NCBI GenBank assembly: GCA_963745075.1
Contig: CAVUWV010000014.1
Span: forward strand, 192,001 to 256,000
DNA length: 64,000 nucleotides
Direction: 5' to 3'
DNA from: Candidatus Hydrogenedentota bacterium
GTDB lineage: Bacteria > Hydrogenedentota > Hydrogenedentia > Hydrogenedentales > SLHB01
The stretch's first letter is position 1, and every line of letters starts with the position of its first letter. Under the pieces are notes generated by a model, which saw only the letters and a program-made list of their open reading frames with translations, had not been told where the DNA came from and made no database searches. The position numbers and the translations under genes were made by a program. Below, piece after piece: positions 28,473 to 38,968 of this stretch.

Positions 28473-29336
28473 TCACGATCTCTCCGGGAGGACAGACCGC
28501 AGAAACTTCGCGATCCCCTCTTTGTACAACATGCCGGATTCGTACCAGCCGGTGTAGTGGTCGCCGTGGATTTCGAGAAAGGTTTTGGGCTCCGGGGCGA
28601 GGTCGTATAGCCTGCGCCCGTGGTGATACGGGATAACCTCGTCTTCCGGACTGTGGACGATCAGGATGGGGGCGTGGATGCGCCCGATCTTCTTGTCGTT
28701 TTCGAAACGATGCCGAATCAGCCAATTCACAGGCGCAAATGGAAAGATCTCTTGGCCCATCTGGACGACGCTCACATACGTGCTCTCAAGGATCAGACCC
28801 GCCGGCTCAGTGTCCACCGCGAGATCGGCCGCGATTCCACCGCCCAATGAGCGGCCGAAAATGATAATCCGATCGGGCGACTCGCCGCGTTCCCGGGTCA
28901 GATAGCGCCACGCGGCATGGGCATCCGCGTAACAGCGTTCCTCGGACGGCGCGCCCGAGCTGTTTCCATACCCGCCGTAGTCGAAGACGAATACGTTCAA
29001 CCCTAAATCACGAAAGACGGCGATAGACTTCATCCGGTCCGCAATCGTTCCGGCGTTGGCGTGACAAAAGAGCAGGGTTCCACGTGCATTGTCGACGGGA
29101 ATGTACCAGCCGTTGGTGGTCTCGCCGTCTACGGCCAGCGAAACATCATCGTAAGTCCAATGGAAGGCGGGATCGGCGGGCGTACGCCACACGGAACCGC
29201 CGCGAGGGAACACCATGGACGTTTGCATTACGTAAATCGTGGCCACTCCACCCGCGTAGGCAAGAACGAGCAGGCCAACAACGGTCGCGATGACTCTTCT
29301 TAGCTTGCGCCGGCGTGCTCCGTGTTGTGTAGTCAT
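28473..29336 (-). CDS. alpha/beta hydrolase (ABHD13/17-like), tandem copy 2
   Basis: N-terminal TM, DYGGYGNSSG, GRSLGG nucleophile elbow, HSPEDEVIP, GDH. Confidence 0.9.
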   Translation of the reverse strand: MTTQHGARRRKLRRVIATVVGLLVLAYAGGVATIYVMQTSMVFPRGGSVWRTPADPAFHWTYDDVSLAVDGETTNGWYIPVDNARGTLLFCHANAGTIADRMKSIAVFRDLGLNVFVFDYGGYGNSSGAPSEERCYADAHAAWRYLTRERGESPDRIIIFGRSLGGGIAADLAVDTEPAGLILESTYVSVVQMGQEIFPFAPVNWLIRHRFENDKKIGRIHAPILIVHSPEDEVIPYHHGRRLYDLAPEPKTFLEIHGDHYTGWYESGMLYKEGIAKFLRSVLPERS

Positions 29337-30214
29337 TTTTTGGCGCTTGATTCGGAACCGTTCGCCGGCACGACAGACTTCAGAAACTTCGCAATTCCTT
29401 CGGAATAGAGCATGCCGGATTCATACCAGCCTTCGTTGTGACCGCCGTGGATTTTGAGAAACGTCTTCGGTTCCGGGGCGAGTTCGTAAAGGCGTTGCCC
29501 ATGATGATAGGGGATAATGTCGTCGTCCGGGCTGTGGATGACGAGGATGGGGGCTTTGACGTTACCGATCTTGTTTTCGTTGTCGAAACGGTGGCGGATG
29601 AACCAGCCAACGGGAATGAAGGGCAACATTTCCTTGCCCATTTTGGCCGTACTGATGAAGGCGCTCTCGATGATGATCGCGCCCGGCGTAACTCCCTGTG
29701 CGAGCTCCAGGGTCGGACCGGACCCCAACGACCGGCCAAACAGGACGATTTGCGCGGGTTTCTCTCCTTTGTCTTTGGTCAGGTACTTCCAGGCCGCACG
29801 GATGTCCGCGTAGCACCGCTTCTCCGAAGGCTTTCCGCTGCTGTTGCCGTAGCCGCCGTAGTCGTAGATGAACACGTTCAGGTCGAGATCGCGGAAAACT
29901 TCGATCGATTCCAGCCGATCGGCGATGGTCCCGGCATTGCCATGGGAGAAGAGGACCGTACCGCGCGGGTTCTCCACGGGGATGTACCAGCCGTGGGTGG
30001 ATTCACCGTTAACATCCAGGATTACATCTTGGAACGTCCAGCCAAAAGGCGGGTCGGATGGCGTGCGCCAGATGTCGCCGCCGCGTGGGAAGATGATGGC
30101 GGATTGAAGTCCGTAAAACACAGTCACCAGTCCCGCATACGCCAAGACGAGTCCAAGCACAAGACGCATGAGGTTTCTCCCGAGCCGGGGTTGTCCTCTT
30201 TTGCTGGACTCCAT
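29333..30214 (-). CDS. alpha/beta hydrolase (ABHD13/17-like), tandem copy 1
   Basis: N-terminal TM, HGNAG, DYGGYGNSSG, GRSLGS, HSPDDDIIP, GGHN. Confidence 0.9.
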   Translation of the reverse strand: MESSKRGQPRLGRNLMRLVLGLVLAYAGLVTVFYGLQSAIIFPRGGDIWRTPSDPPFGWTFQDVILDVNGESTHGWYIPVENPRGTVLFSHGNAGTIADRLESIEVFRDLDLNVFIYDYGGYGNSSGKPSEKRCYADIRAAWKYLTKDKGEKPAQIVLFGRSLGSGPTLELAQGVTPGAIIIESAFISTAKMGKEMLPFIPVGWFIRHRFDNENKIGNVKAPILVIHSPDDDIIPYHHGQRLYELAPEPKTFLKIHGGHNEGWYESGMLYSEGIAKFLKSVVPANGSESSAKK

Positions 30215-30381
30215 AGACTCGCCTCAATCCTCGCGATCGTTTGTTTTGTGAACACGCCGGGATCATGTATGATAGGGCAGTGACGGCGCAAGCCGGACCG
30301 AGTTATTGGGGGGGCATGCGAGCCGCCGGGTTCGTGGCCGGGTACTGCGGGTGGCCCCGATCATCCGCCGGAGAACATCTC

Positions 30382-31755
30382 ATGGACCATTACAATATCC
30401 TGCTGGACGAAAAACGTCTACCCGACCGTTGGTACAACATCATCCCGGATCTGAAGACGCCGATGGCGCCGCCGCTGCATCCGGGTACCCACCAGCCGTT
30501 GGGGCCGGACGACCTCGCCGCGCTTTTTCCGGCGGCGTTGATTGCTCAGGAGATGTCGCCGGAACCGGCCATCTCGATTCCGGGCGAAGTGATGGACGCG
30601 TACCGGTTGTGGCGGCCGACGCCCTTGCGTCGGGCATACCGGCTCGAGAAGGCCCTCGACACGCCGGCGAAGATTTATTACAAGAACGAGAGCGTAAGCC
30701 CCTCGGGCAGTCACAAGATCAACACGTCAGTGCCGCAAGTCTATTACAACAAAGCCGAAGGCATAAAGGAAATCTCGACGGAAACGGGCGCGGGCCAGTG
30801 GGGTACGGCCCTGAGCATCGCGTGCAGCATGTTCGGGCTGAAGTGCAAGGTCTACATGGTGCGCGTGAGTTACGAGCAAAAGCCATACCGGCGCAGCCTG
30901 ATCCAGACCTACGGCGGCGAAGTGCTCCCGAGCCCGAGCGAGACGACGGATGCTGGCCGCGCATTCCTTGCGGAAGATCCCAATACCACCGGCAGTCTGG
31001 GCATGGCCATTTCGGAAGCCGTTGAGATCGCGGCCAAGAGCGGTGGAACGATCAAATACAGTCTCGGGAGCGTGCTGAACCACGTGCTGCTGCATCAGAC
31101 GATCATCGGCCTTGAAGCGAAGGAGCAGATGGCGAGCGTTGAGGCGTATCCGGACGTCGTCATCGGCTGTTGCGGCGGCGGCTCGAACTTTGCCGGTATC
31201 GCCTTCCCGTACGTGCAGGACAAGCTCAAGAAGGGCAAGGATATCGACATCATTGCGGTCGAGCCGACGGCGTGTCCGACACTCACACGCGGTTTGTACG
31301 CCTACGACTTCGGCGATACGGCCATGCTGACGCCGTTGCTGAAGCAGTATACATTGGGCCACAATTTCATACCGCCGGGCATCCACGCGGGCGGGTTGCG
31401 GTATCACGGCGTCGCGCAACAGGTCGCGCACCTCACGCGCGAAGGCACCATCCGCGCCGTGGCCGTGCACCAGAACCCGGTGTTCGAGTCGTGCATGCTC
31501 TTCGCGAAGTGCGAAGGCATCGTGCCCGCGCCCGAATCGGGTCACGCCATTCGCGTTGCGGTCGACGAAGCGCTAAAGTGCAAAGAGTCCGGCGAGTCGA
31601 AGACCATCCTCTTCAACCTGAGCGGACACGGCCATTTCGATATGTCCTCGTATGACGCCTATCTCAGCGGGAAATTGATCGACTTCGATCTCGACGAAGA
31701 AGCGCTGAAGAAAGCAGAAGACGCCATCCCGAAGGTCGAGGAAGTCACGGCGTAG
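30382..31755 (+). CDS. trpB2: TrpB-like PLP enzyme (TrpB2)
   Basis: [56 protein letters not shown]. Confidence 0.93.
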   Translation: MDHYNILLDEKRLPDRWYNIIPDLKTPMAPPLHPGTHQPLGPDDLAALFPAALIAQEMSPEPAISIPGEVMDAYRLWRPTPLRRAYRLEKALDTPAKIYYKNESVSPSGSHKINTSVPQVYYNKAEGIKEISTETGAGQWGTALSIACSMFGLKCKVYMVRVSYEQKPYRRSLIQTYGGEVLPSPSETTDAGRAFLAEDPNTTGSLGMAISEAVEIAAKSGGTIKYSLGSVLNHVLLHQTIIGLEAKEQMASVEAYPDVVIGCCGGGSNFAGIAFPYVQDKLKKGKDIDIIAVEPTACPTLTRGLYAYDFGDTAMLTPLLKQYTLGHNFIPPGIHAGGLRYHGVAQQVAHLTREGTIRAVAVHQNPVFESCMLFAKCEGIVPAPESGHAIRVAVDEALKCKESGESKTILFNLSGHGHFDMSSYDAYLSGKLIDFDLDEEALKKAEDAIPKVEEVTA

Positions 31756-31765
31756 CGATTGGGGA

Positions 31766-32272
31766 ATGATAACGTCGCGGCATAGGGTGTTGCGGGCGAC
31801 CCATTTTGCGTGGGCTGCAGCAATACTCTATGCCGCGATTTCTGCTTTACTATTCGCCATCGCCTGGTCGGGGGCGATTACCCCGTTGTTTTTCTACGCC
31901 ATGGGCGCACTCGCGCTTGCCCCGATCTTCGACATGCGCGTTTCGTCGGTGCAAATCGATCGTGAAGCGCATGAACTGGTCGTCGAGCGACGTTACTGGT
32001 GGAGCGTGAAGGCGACGGCTGAATCCCACACAACCGAGGGATTGACGGCTATTGTGCGGCGCCACAAATCGTGGACACCCGGTCCGCCAATTAAGTCCAA
32101 CACACGCTTTCACGATCGCCGCACGCTCGCTGTGTTTGACGACGGCCGCGAGGTGCTGCTGTTTTCCAATACGTGGCTTCCCACAGGCCGGCACCTTGGC
32201 CGGCGGATCGCACTACAGTTGGGAGTCGAGTACAGAACGGAAGAATACGGCGTAGAGGAGAGGTTTCCCTGA
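31766..32272 (+). CDS. hypothetical membrane protein (2 TM + soluble domain)
   Basis: ATG 10 nt after the trpB2 stop with GGGGA RBS; two hydrophobic helices. Confidence 0.65.
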   Translation: MITSRHRVLRATHFAWAAAILYAAISALLFAIAWSGAITPLFFYAMGALALAPIFDMRVSSVQIDREAHELVVERRYWWSVKATAESHTTEGLTAIVRRHKSWTPGPPIKSNTRFHDRRTLAVFDDGREVLLFSNTWLPTGRHLGRRIALQLGVEYRTEEYGVEERFP

Positions 32273-32302
32273 ATGTTGTCGGGAATCTCGGGCCGGGCGC
32301 GC

Positions 32303-32992
32303 CTATTGTTGCCCGTAGTAGGCCCCGCCGCCGTGCTTGCGCAGGAAGTGTTTGTCGAGAAGGTACTGCGGAATGCCATTCTGCCCGGTTGACAATGCGA
32401 GCGTGTGGAGCGCCATGCGCGCGACTTCTTCGAGTACATAAGCGGTCTCGACCGCTGTTGCCGGATCCTTTCCCCAAACAAAAGGCGCGTGGTTGGCGAC
32501 GAGCACTGCGGGGCAGGCCATGGGATCGCGGTCCCGAAAGCAGCGAATAATGACATCGCCGATGTGGGCTTCGTAGTCCGTGCCGACTTCTTCCGCCGTC
32601 ATCGCGTCGGTAACGGGGACTTCGCCATGGAAATAATCCGCGTGCGTGGTGCCGAAACAGGGGATGGGTCGGCAGGCCTGCGCCCAGCAGGTCGCAAAGT
32701 GGGAGTGCGTGTGCACGATACCGCCGATTTCCGGGAAAGCCCGGTATAAGGCCAAGTGCGTCGGCGTATCCACGGATGGTTTGAACTTGCCCTCGACCTG
32801 CTTGCCGTCGAGATCGACAACCGCCATGTCCTGGGGTGTCATCGCGTCATATGCGACGCCGCTGGGTTTGATGACGACGCGGCCGCTGTCGCGGTCGATG
32901 CCGCTCGCGTTGCCCCACGTCATCAGCACCAACCCCTGGCGCACGAGGTCGCGGTTCGCAGTGAGTACGTCGGCTTTCAGTCGATCGAGCAT
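32303..32992 (-). CDS. araD: L-ribulose-5-phosphate 4-epimerase (class II aldolase family)
   Basis: TWGNASGID, IKPSGV, HTHS, GTTHADYF, LLDKHFLRKHG..AYYGQ. Confidence 0.92.
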   Translation of the reverse strand: MLDRLKADVLTANRDLVRQGLVLMTWGNASGIDRDSGRVVIKPSGVAYDAMTPQDMAVVDLDGKQVEGKFKPSVDTPTHLALYRAFPEIGGIVHTHSHFATCWAQACRPIPCFGTTHADYFHGEVPVTDAMTAEEVGTDYEAHIGDVIIRCFRDRDPMACPAVLVANHAPFVWGKDPATAVETAYVLEEVARMALHTLALSTGQNGIPQYLLDKHFLRKHGGGAYYGQQ

Positions 32993-33099
32993 GGCAGAGA
33001 GTGGTTGTAGCGCAGGCGTCCGCCTGCATCTCTGGAATTGCAGTCACGCTTCCCGGTGTGACTGCGCTACATGCGACAAATACGTTGTTGGAACCATCA

Positions 33100-34080
33100 T
33101 TACGCGACACAGGCGGTGTCTCCAACCTCGTCGACGTACCGTTCGAGGCGCGCGATGGCGGGCTCCATTTCGAGGAACGTCATGAGTTCCTGGCGCAGCT
33201 TCGACACATTCGGCTGGCCCTTGAGATAGCCCGAATAGTACTTACGAAATTCGAGCACACCTTTCCGCTCGCCCTTGTGCTCCACGCTGTGGCGCAGGTG
33301 CTTCACACAGGTCGCAACCCGCTCGGCGAGGGTGGGCGGCGGCAGGTGCTCGCCGGTGGCGAGGTAGTGCTTGGTCTGATTAAAAATCCACGGATTCTGA
33401 ATCGCGCCGCGGCCAATCATGACGCCGTCGCAGCCCGTCTCGAACATACGTTTTACATCTTCGGGCGTCGTGAGATCACCGTTGCCGATGATGGGAATTG
33501 AAACCGCACCCTTCAGCTTTTCCAGCCACGACCAGTCCGCGTCTCCCTGGTGTCCCTGATCGCGGGTGCGGCAATGGAGGGCCAAGGCCTTCACGCCGAT
33601 CTGTTCGAGCATGCGGGCCACGTCGAGGATAACGATGCTGTTGGCGTCCCATCCCAGGCGAGTTTTCACGGTCACGGGCAGCGAGGTGCCGCTGATGACA
33701 GATTTCACGATGGCTTCGAACTTCTGGATGTCTTTCAGCAACCCCGCGCCCGCCTCTCGCAACGCGACTTTCTTGACCCAGCACCCGCAGTTGATGTCGA
33801 TAAAATCGGGCTTGGCCTGTTCTGCCACCGCGGCTGCGCCTTCCATGGACGTTTCCACGCCGCCGAAAATCTGGACCGCCACCGGACGCTCCTCTTCCAC
33901 GACGCGGATCTTCTGGAGGGAACGCCGCGCGTCCCTAATCAACCCTTCACTGCTCGTGAACTCCGTGTACAGGAGGTCCGCGCCCAGTTCTTTGCAGATA
34001 AGACGGAACGGGATGTCCGTCACGTCCTCCATGGGCGCGAGCGCGAGGGGATTGTCGATATCAATGTGACCGATACGCAT
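33100..34080 (-). CDS. dusB: tRNA dihydrouridine synthase
   Basis: LAPMEDVTD, DINCGC, TVKTRLGW, HCRTR, IGNGD, GVMIGRGA..NPWIF. Confidence 0.92.
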   Translation of the reverse strand: MRIGHIDIDNPLALAPMEDVTDIPFRLICKELGADLLYTEFTSSEGLIRDARRSLQKIRVVEEERPVAVQIFGGVETSMEGAAAVAEQAKPDFIDINCGCWVKKVALREAGAGLLKDIQKFEAIVKSVISGTSLPVTVKTRLGWDANSIVILDVARMLEQIGVKALALHCRTRDQGHQGDADWSWLEKLKGAVSIPIIGNGDLTTPEDVKRMFETGCDGVMIGRGAIQNPWIFNQTKHYLATGEHLPPPTLAERVATCVKHLRHSVEHKGERKGVLEFRKYYSGYLKGQPNVSKLRQELMTFLEMEPAIARLERYVDEVGDTACVA

Positions 34081-34176
34081 GGGCTGTTTCCGATGATTGC
34101 CGTACGCTGGTATTTTCGCAGATTTGAGGCGATATGCGCAAAGCCGCGGTGTTGGCACGTCTTTGCGATGCGCAAT

Positions 34177-35244
34177 CTACTTCGTTCGTAGCACAAGACT
34201 CCCCGGCACGGTGTTCCAAGCATCGTTGTGGCCCGTGCCGGTAAAGACGAAGGTGAATTGGAGCGCGTCCTCAGAGAACCATTTTGGCGCGAAGGTCCAG
34301 AAGAAGGTGGTGCCGAAGTCGCCCCAGTTCTCGTAGTACGCGACCGTCGTCCATGGGCCCCACGGTTCCGGCGCGTCGAAGATCCCCAAGTTACCGGCAT
34401 CAGCCTTAGCGTGCGGCGTGCAGAGCAGATAGCGCCCGAGAGTCGGTTGATAGATGACGCTGGTCAAGCGCGTGCCGTTTGGGTCTTCGAATACCGCATT
34501 TCGCGCCATGGGGTCCGGCGTCCAGATGGGTTGACCGGATGCGTCCAGTCCTGCAAAGAACGTGTACGCTTCCCTTTCGAGAATCCGCTCCTTCGGCACC
34601 CGCATCAGATCGACCATCCCGGGGATTTGCAGCCTGTCCCGGTCTTTCTGAATCCGCGTCGCGAAGACGTAGATGTGGCCATCCCGCGCGGCGCCGTTGT
34701 CCTGGCCGAATTGACAGAACGCCGGCATCAAGAATTGGTCTTTCCTCGTGAACGCCCAATCCACTTGCGTCCAGTGGTGTCCGTGATCCCTTGACGTTGC
34801 CAACCGGGTTTCGGCGTAATTCTCGAAACCTGAGCCGGGGGATAACCACATGTACAAGACACCGTCAACGCAGATTATACCGTAGCTCTTCCCGGCGAAT
34901 TGGGCAGCGGCCTCCGCGTCTTTCCCGCCCCAGACGTTGTGTCCGGAATAGTCGGCACCCATCCCTTCGATACGAGCAACACCCAGACTGACGCGTCCGT
35001 CCTCGTTCGTGCCGCCGAACCCACCGCCGTCGCCCCAAACGGAGTATTGGTTCCCATCGTCGGCCCACGTCATAGGCCAGTTGTCGCTGCCCGGCGCACG
35101 CCGGTCCCGTGCAGAAAAGTCGAAGGTCACCTTCGCGATAAATGGACTCGGCGGGTAGGGAGGTGTCTTCGCGTCGGCCCGCGCATGCAACGAAGCCGCG
35201 ACCGCGACAACGCCAATTGACACCGTTTGGAAAAGCGATTTCAT
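34177..35244 (-). CDS. secreted beta-propeller protein (DUF4185-like)
   Basis: Signal peptide; GSDNWPMTWADD, SRDHGHHW Asp-box, APEPWGPW. Confidence 0.65.
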   Translation of the reverse strand: MKSLFQTVSIGVVAVAASLHARADAKTPPYPPSPFIAKVTFDFSARDRRAPGSDNWPMTWADDGNQYSVWGDGGGFGGTNEDGRVSLGVARIEGMGADYSGHNVWGGKDAEAAAQFAGKSYGIICVDGVLYMWLSPGSGFENYAETRLATSRDHGHHWTQVDWAFTRKDQFLMPAFCQFGQDNGAARDGHIYVFATRIQKDRDRLQIPGMVDLMRVPKERILEREAYTFFAGLDASGQPIWTPDPMARNAVFEDPNGTRLTSVIYQPTLGRYLLCTPHAKADAGNLGIFDAPEPWGPWTTVAYYENWGDFGTTFFWTFAPKWFSEDALQFTFVFTGTGHNDAWNTVPGSLVLRTK

Positions 35245-35351
35245 CGTTGCCCCTATGTCAGGCCCATGTTAGGATACTGGCTGTTTCGCGGGGCAGGTGC
35301 CGCCCCGTTGAGGCTGCACTTTAGCACACACGTACACTTTGGAGATCACCC

Positions 35352-36476
35352 ATGCCGCGTCTGAATATTCTGGCCGTGTCCGTTTTGTCCATTGCTTTCC
35401 TCGTGTTTATCAGTGGCTGCGCCACGACAGACCCGAACCAGCCGACTTCGCTGCAAACGGCCAAGAAACCCGCATGGGCCGCCGAGGCCACGCCGGAAGA
35501 GATGATCGTGTCCGTATCACCGGCGGGAAAGACCTTGCGCGTTGCAGGGTCCGCCGGGCTTCTCCTCGGCACCGGTGCGGACGCCGTCGTTAACGCCAAA
35601 TATCGCGCCCCCATTCGCGCGGCCCTCGAAGGGTACAATCCCGCCGAAGTCTTCGCCGGAATCATCGAACAACGCCTGGAAGCGGACATGAATAAAGACA
35701 TCGAACGTGTTGCGCCGCTGGGTAGCACGGCCGGGATGAATTCCCGCCAGGATGCTGTCGAAGCGCGATATCAGACCTTGGGAAAGAATGGCTACGACGT
35801 ATTGTTGGATTTGGTCATGACCTACGGCATCTACGGCGCCGAAGGCACGCTCGCAACCAAACTGGCCGGCCGGCTTGTCACGATCCCCGATGGCAAAGTC
35901 TTGTGGGACGACACGCTCATTGTGACCAACGAGCCGGTATTGGCCAATGCGAAGCTCGGCAATCCGACGAAGCGCGGTGGGATCAACATTACCAATCCCG
36001 ACTTCACGGTCGACGAAGCGGAAGTCAACCGATGGACCGCGGACGGCGGCGCCATCCTTAAACAGCGATTCGAGATGGCGGCGCAGGATGCCACTTCGGC
36101 GTTGCTGTGTGCGCTGGGCCTGGAGGAGAACGCGGCGGGCGAATACGCCCTCGGCGAACTCGCCATGAACCGCAAGGATTTCAAAGAGGCGGCGGGCCAT
36201 CTGGAAAAAGCAGGGCAACTCGATCCCGACAACCCGAACATCAAGAACACATTCGCGGTCAATCTCGCCCACAACAACCAGGTGGAAGCCGCGATTCAAA
36301 TTGCAAAGGAAATTACTGGAATCCATCCCAACTTCGGCCCCGCATGGTTCAACCTTGCCTGGTGGTACGCCGTCGAGAAGAACGATCCCGACATGGCCGC
36401 ACCCTACTACGACAAAGCCAAGTCCCTCGGCATGCCCGCCGACAAGAAGATCGACAAGAAGATTCGGAAGGGTTAA
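35352..36476 (+). CDS. lipoprotein with C-terminal TPR repeats
   Basis: Lipobox FISGC; TPR-like helices (YALGELAM..EAAGHLEKA..DP, AWFNLAWWY). Confidence 0.8.
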   Translation: MPRLNILAVSVLSIAFLVFISGCATTDPNQPTSLQTAKKPAWAAEATPEEMIVSVSPAGKTLRVAGSAGLLLGTGADAVVNAKYRAPIRAALEGYNPAEVFAGIIEQRLEADMNKDIERVAPLGSTAGMNSRQDAVEARYQTLGKNGYDVLLDLVMTYGIYGAEGTLATKLAGRLVTIPDGKVLWDDTLIVTNEPVLANAKLGNPTKRGGINITNPDFTVDEAEVNRWTADGGAILKQRFEMAAQDATSALLCALGLEENAAGEYALGELAMNRKDFKEAAGHLEKAGQLDPDNPNIKNTFAVNLAHNNQVEAAIQIAKEITGIHPNFGPAWFNLAWWYAVEKNDPDMAAPYYDKAKSLGMPADKKIDKKIRKG

Positions 36477-36637
36477 GTCCGTACCCGCGTGGCCGCCGAC
36501 CGTACGACTCCCAGGGTATCGCGACGGACTGAGTATCAGTTCGTTTTCAACGGCTCGTTCTGCTGGAGTTTCCCGGATGCCGCGCTCGCCGAGCGCGGCA
36601 GTACGAGGCGGCAATTTGCATCCTGTACATGCCGACG

Positions 36638-38929
36638 TCAGATCCGCCACTTGCGCCGGTGCCGGAAACGCTGGATCGCGCCCGGGATGAGTGTGATTAG
36701 ACCCAATAACAGCACCGCTGCCGAGATCCCCGTCGCGTACAGACCGTACCGAAACGACAACGGGTCGTAGGTGAAGACCACTTCTTTGCTTCCCGCCGGT
36801 ATTTCCACACCGCGAAACATGAGGTCGACCGGAAACACATCGGCAAGTTTACCGTCCACCGCGGCGGTCCAGCCGGGATACCACGAATCCGCCAGAATCA
36901 ACACCCCCTGCCGGTCCGTCGAGACATCCACCACGACGCGCGTGTTCGAATCCGCCGGGCGCACGGTGGCCCATCCCGAGCCATCTTCGCCACTGTTTGG
37001 AGGAATTCCCCGTTCCATGAGCGGCGGATTGTCGGCAGCCACTTCACCGGGTTCGTACGATTCCGTAGGCCGGCCGTTGTAAGCGATCCGTGCGCGCGAA
37101 CGCGATTCGGAATCGAAGAACAGCACGGCTCCCGTGTGAAAGACGTGCTCGACGTGGAGTATGGGACGAATCGAGGCGAACTTGCCCTGAATATCGTCGC
37201 TGGTTAACAGCAACATCGGCGTTCCCATGCGGCGCATTAAGAGCGGATCGTCGTCGACACGTTCTTGAAAGTCCGCCTGCCGTTTCATCGTCACTCCTGA
37301 CGCCCCATAGACCTGAGGCACCAGGTTCGCCTCTAACGGCCATTTCGCCAGCGCGTCGGTGCCGCTGACCCGATCGCCGGATTTTCGCAGCAACTCGATG
37401 AAGTCCGTGTTGGGATAAAGACGGTCCCGTGGAGAGAACGGTATGCCTGCGCCGAACGTTGCCAAGGCGTCAATCACCGCCATGATGCACAGCGCGTATC
37501 CAATCAGCCGTGGCGACGGCTTCAAGATCGACACTCCATATACCACCATTACCGCGACAAACAGACATGCGGGAACGATTGCACGCAACACCGGGGGCGT
37601 TGACACTCCGGATTGCAGAATCCCCAGGACCACGCCAATCCCGAGCACTATCAACGCCAGGGGTCCGATGATCAGTAAGCGTTTCAGAGTGTCCTGGCAG
37701 TCGTCGGCATTGAGATGGATCCATTCCTCGGACGTGGCTGCGGCGCTCAAGGTCAGGATGAATGCGTTCGCCGCCAGATAATGTTGGGGGCCGATCAGGT
37801 TCACGTACGGAATGAGGCTCAACACCGGACCCCAGAGCAGCGCGAGGATCGTCAAGAACAACGACGGGAAGAGCAGGGCTTCGATGCGGATCCGTTGCCG
37901 CGCGTTGGCGAAAGGCCGCATGGCGAACCAGACCGGGAGCAGGACGATCTGGACGATTCCCACGTGCAACAATCCCACCGTCTGCAGCGCGCTGTCACCT
38001 CCCCGCAGTGAATGTGCGAAGGTCGCCCGCAAGGGGAGCAGAACGATCAACGATAAGTCCCATAGACCGATGGCGGCGGTGCCCGTATGCAATCCCAACG
38101 TGCGCGCTTCCCGCACGAACTCGACGTAGGGCAGCAGTTGGACCGCGCTCAGAAGGATACCGGCGGCTCCGGTGACCGCGAGCATGAGCACGGGCGCCAC
38201 CGACTGTTTTGCCCCGCGCTGGTCAAGCTTACACCGGGTCAACAGAATCAGAATTGCCAAGACGAAGAAGACCAGCACCAATTGCGGGTCCCCACCGAGC
38301 AGCATCAGCCCGAATACCACAGACCCGGAGAGCCAGGCGCGATACTGGCCCAGCGCCAGTCGTTCGCAGACGAGTATCAGCAGCGGCAACCACGGCAATA
38401 CGTCGGAGAAGGGATATCCCCACCAGAGGATCAGTCCCGGGCTGAGCTGGGAAGCGATTCCCACGAAGAGAGCCATCTGCCGGTGAAACCCGAGCCTCCG
38501 CGCCGCGTAGAAGGCGCACAGGCCCGCAACCAGCAGCTTCAGGTAGACCGACCACGTCAACGCAGTGCCCGGCGCGCCCAAGTAGAAGGGAATGGAGAAC
38601 GGCGAGAGGCATCGCGTCTGCCATAGTGCAAGAAACGGCATCCCCGTATTCTCGTAGGGATTCCAGAGTGCCTCGCGAGGACTTCCCGCTTTGCTGAGGA
38701 ACACGTACCACGGGTAGTAACGCTGCGCCATCAGATTGGATTCGGGGGGGGCCGGCGTTGCGAGATTCGCCGGCCGCGCCGCTTCCCACGGAGGATATGC
38801 GAAGATCGTATCCGTGGACAGCGGTACCTCACCGCGCGTGATGCTGGGGAGCAACACCGCCAGCGGCAAGACCACAAGGATCGCCACACACGAGGTGTAC
38901 TCGAGTATCCGTCGTATGCGTGGACGCAA
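36638..38929 (-). CDS. YfhO-family membrane protein (GT-C-like)
   Basis: LWNPYENTGMPFLA, many TM segments, C-terminal LILADSWYPGWTAAVDG..FRGVEIPAG..V.F.YDP. Confidence 0.85.
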   Translation of the reverse strand: MRPRIRRILEYTSCVAILVVLPLAVLLPSITRGEVPLSTDTIFAYPPWEAARPANLATPAPPESNLMAQRYYPWYVFLSKAGSPREALWNPYENTGMPFLALWQTRCLSPFSIPFYLGAPGTALTWSVYLKLLVAGLCAFYAARRLGFHRQMALFVGIASQLSPGLILWWGYPFSDVLPWLPLLILVCERLALGQYRAWLSGSVVFGLMLLGGDPQLVLVFFVLAILILLTRCKLDQRGAKQSVAPVLMLAVTGAAGILLSAVQLLPYVEFVREARTLGLHTGTAAIGLWDLSLIVLLPLRATFAHSLRGGDSALQTVGLLHVGIVQIVLLPVWFAMRPFANARQRIRIEALLFPSLFLTILALLWGPVLSLIPYVNLIGPQHYLAANAFILTLSAAATSEEWIHLNADDCQDTLKRLLIIGPLALIVLGIGVVLGILQSGVSTPPVLRAIVPACLFVAVMVVYGVSILKPSPRLIGYALCIMAVIDALATFGAGIPFSPRDRLYPNTDFIELLRKSGDRVSGTDALAKWPLEANLVPQVYGASGVTMKRQADFQERVDDDPLLMRRMGTPMLLLTSDDIQGKFASIRPILHVEHVFHTGAVLFFDSESRSRARIAYNGRPTESYEPGEVAADNPPLMERGIPPNSGEDGSGWATVRPADSNTRVVVDVSTDRQGVLILADSWYPGWTAAVDGKLADVFPVDLMFRGVEIPAGSKEVVFTYDPLSFRYGLYATGISAAVLLLGLITLIPGAIQRFRHRRKWRI

Positions 38930-38968
38930 TACGAAATCCCCGCTGGTTCTTTCGCCCGTTCGCCTGGA

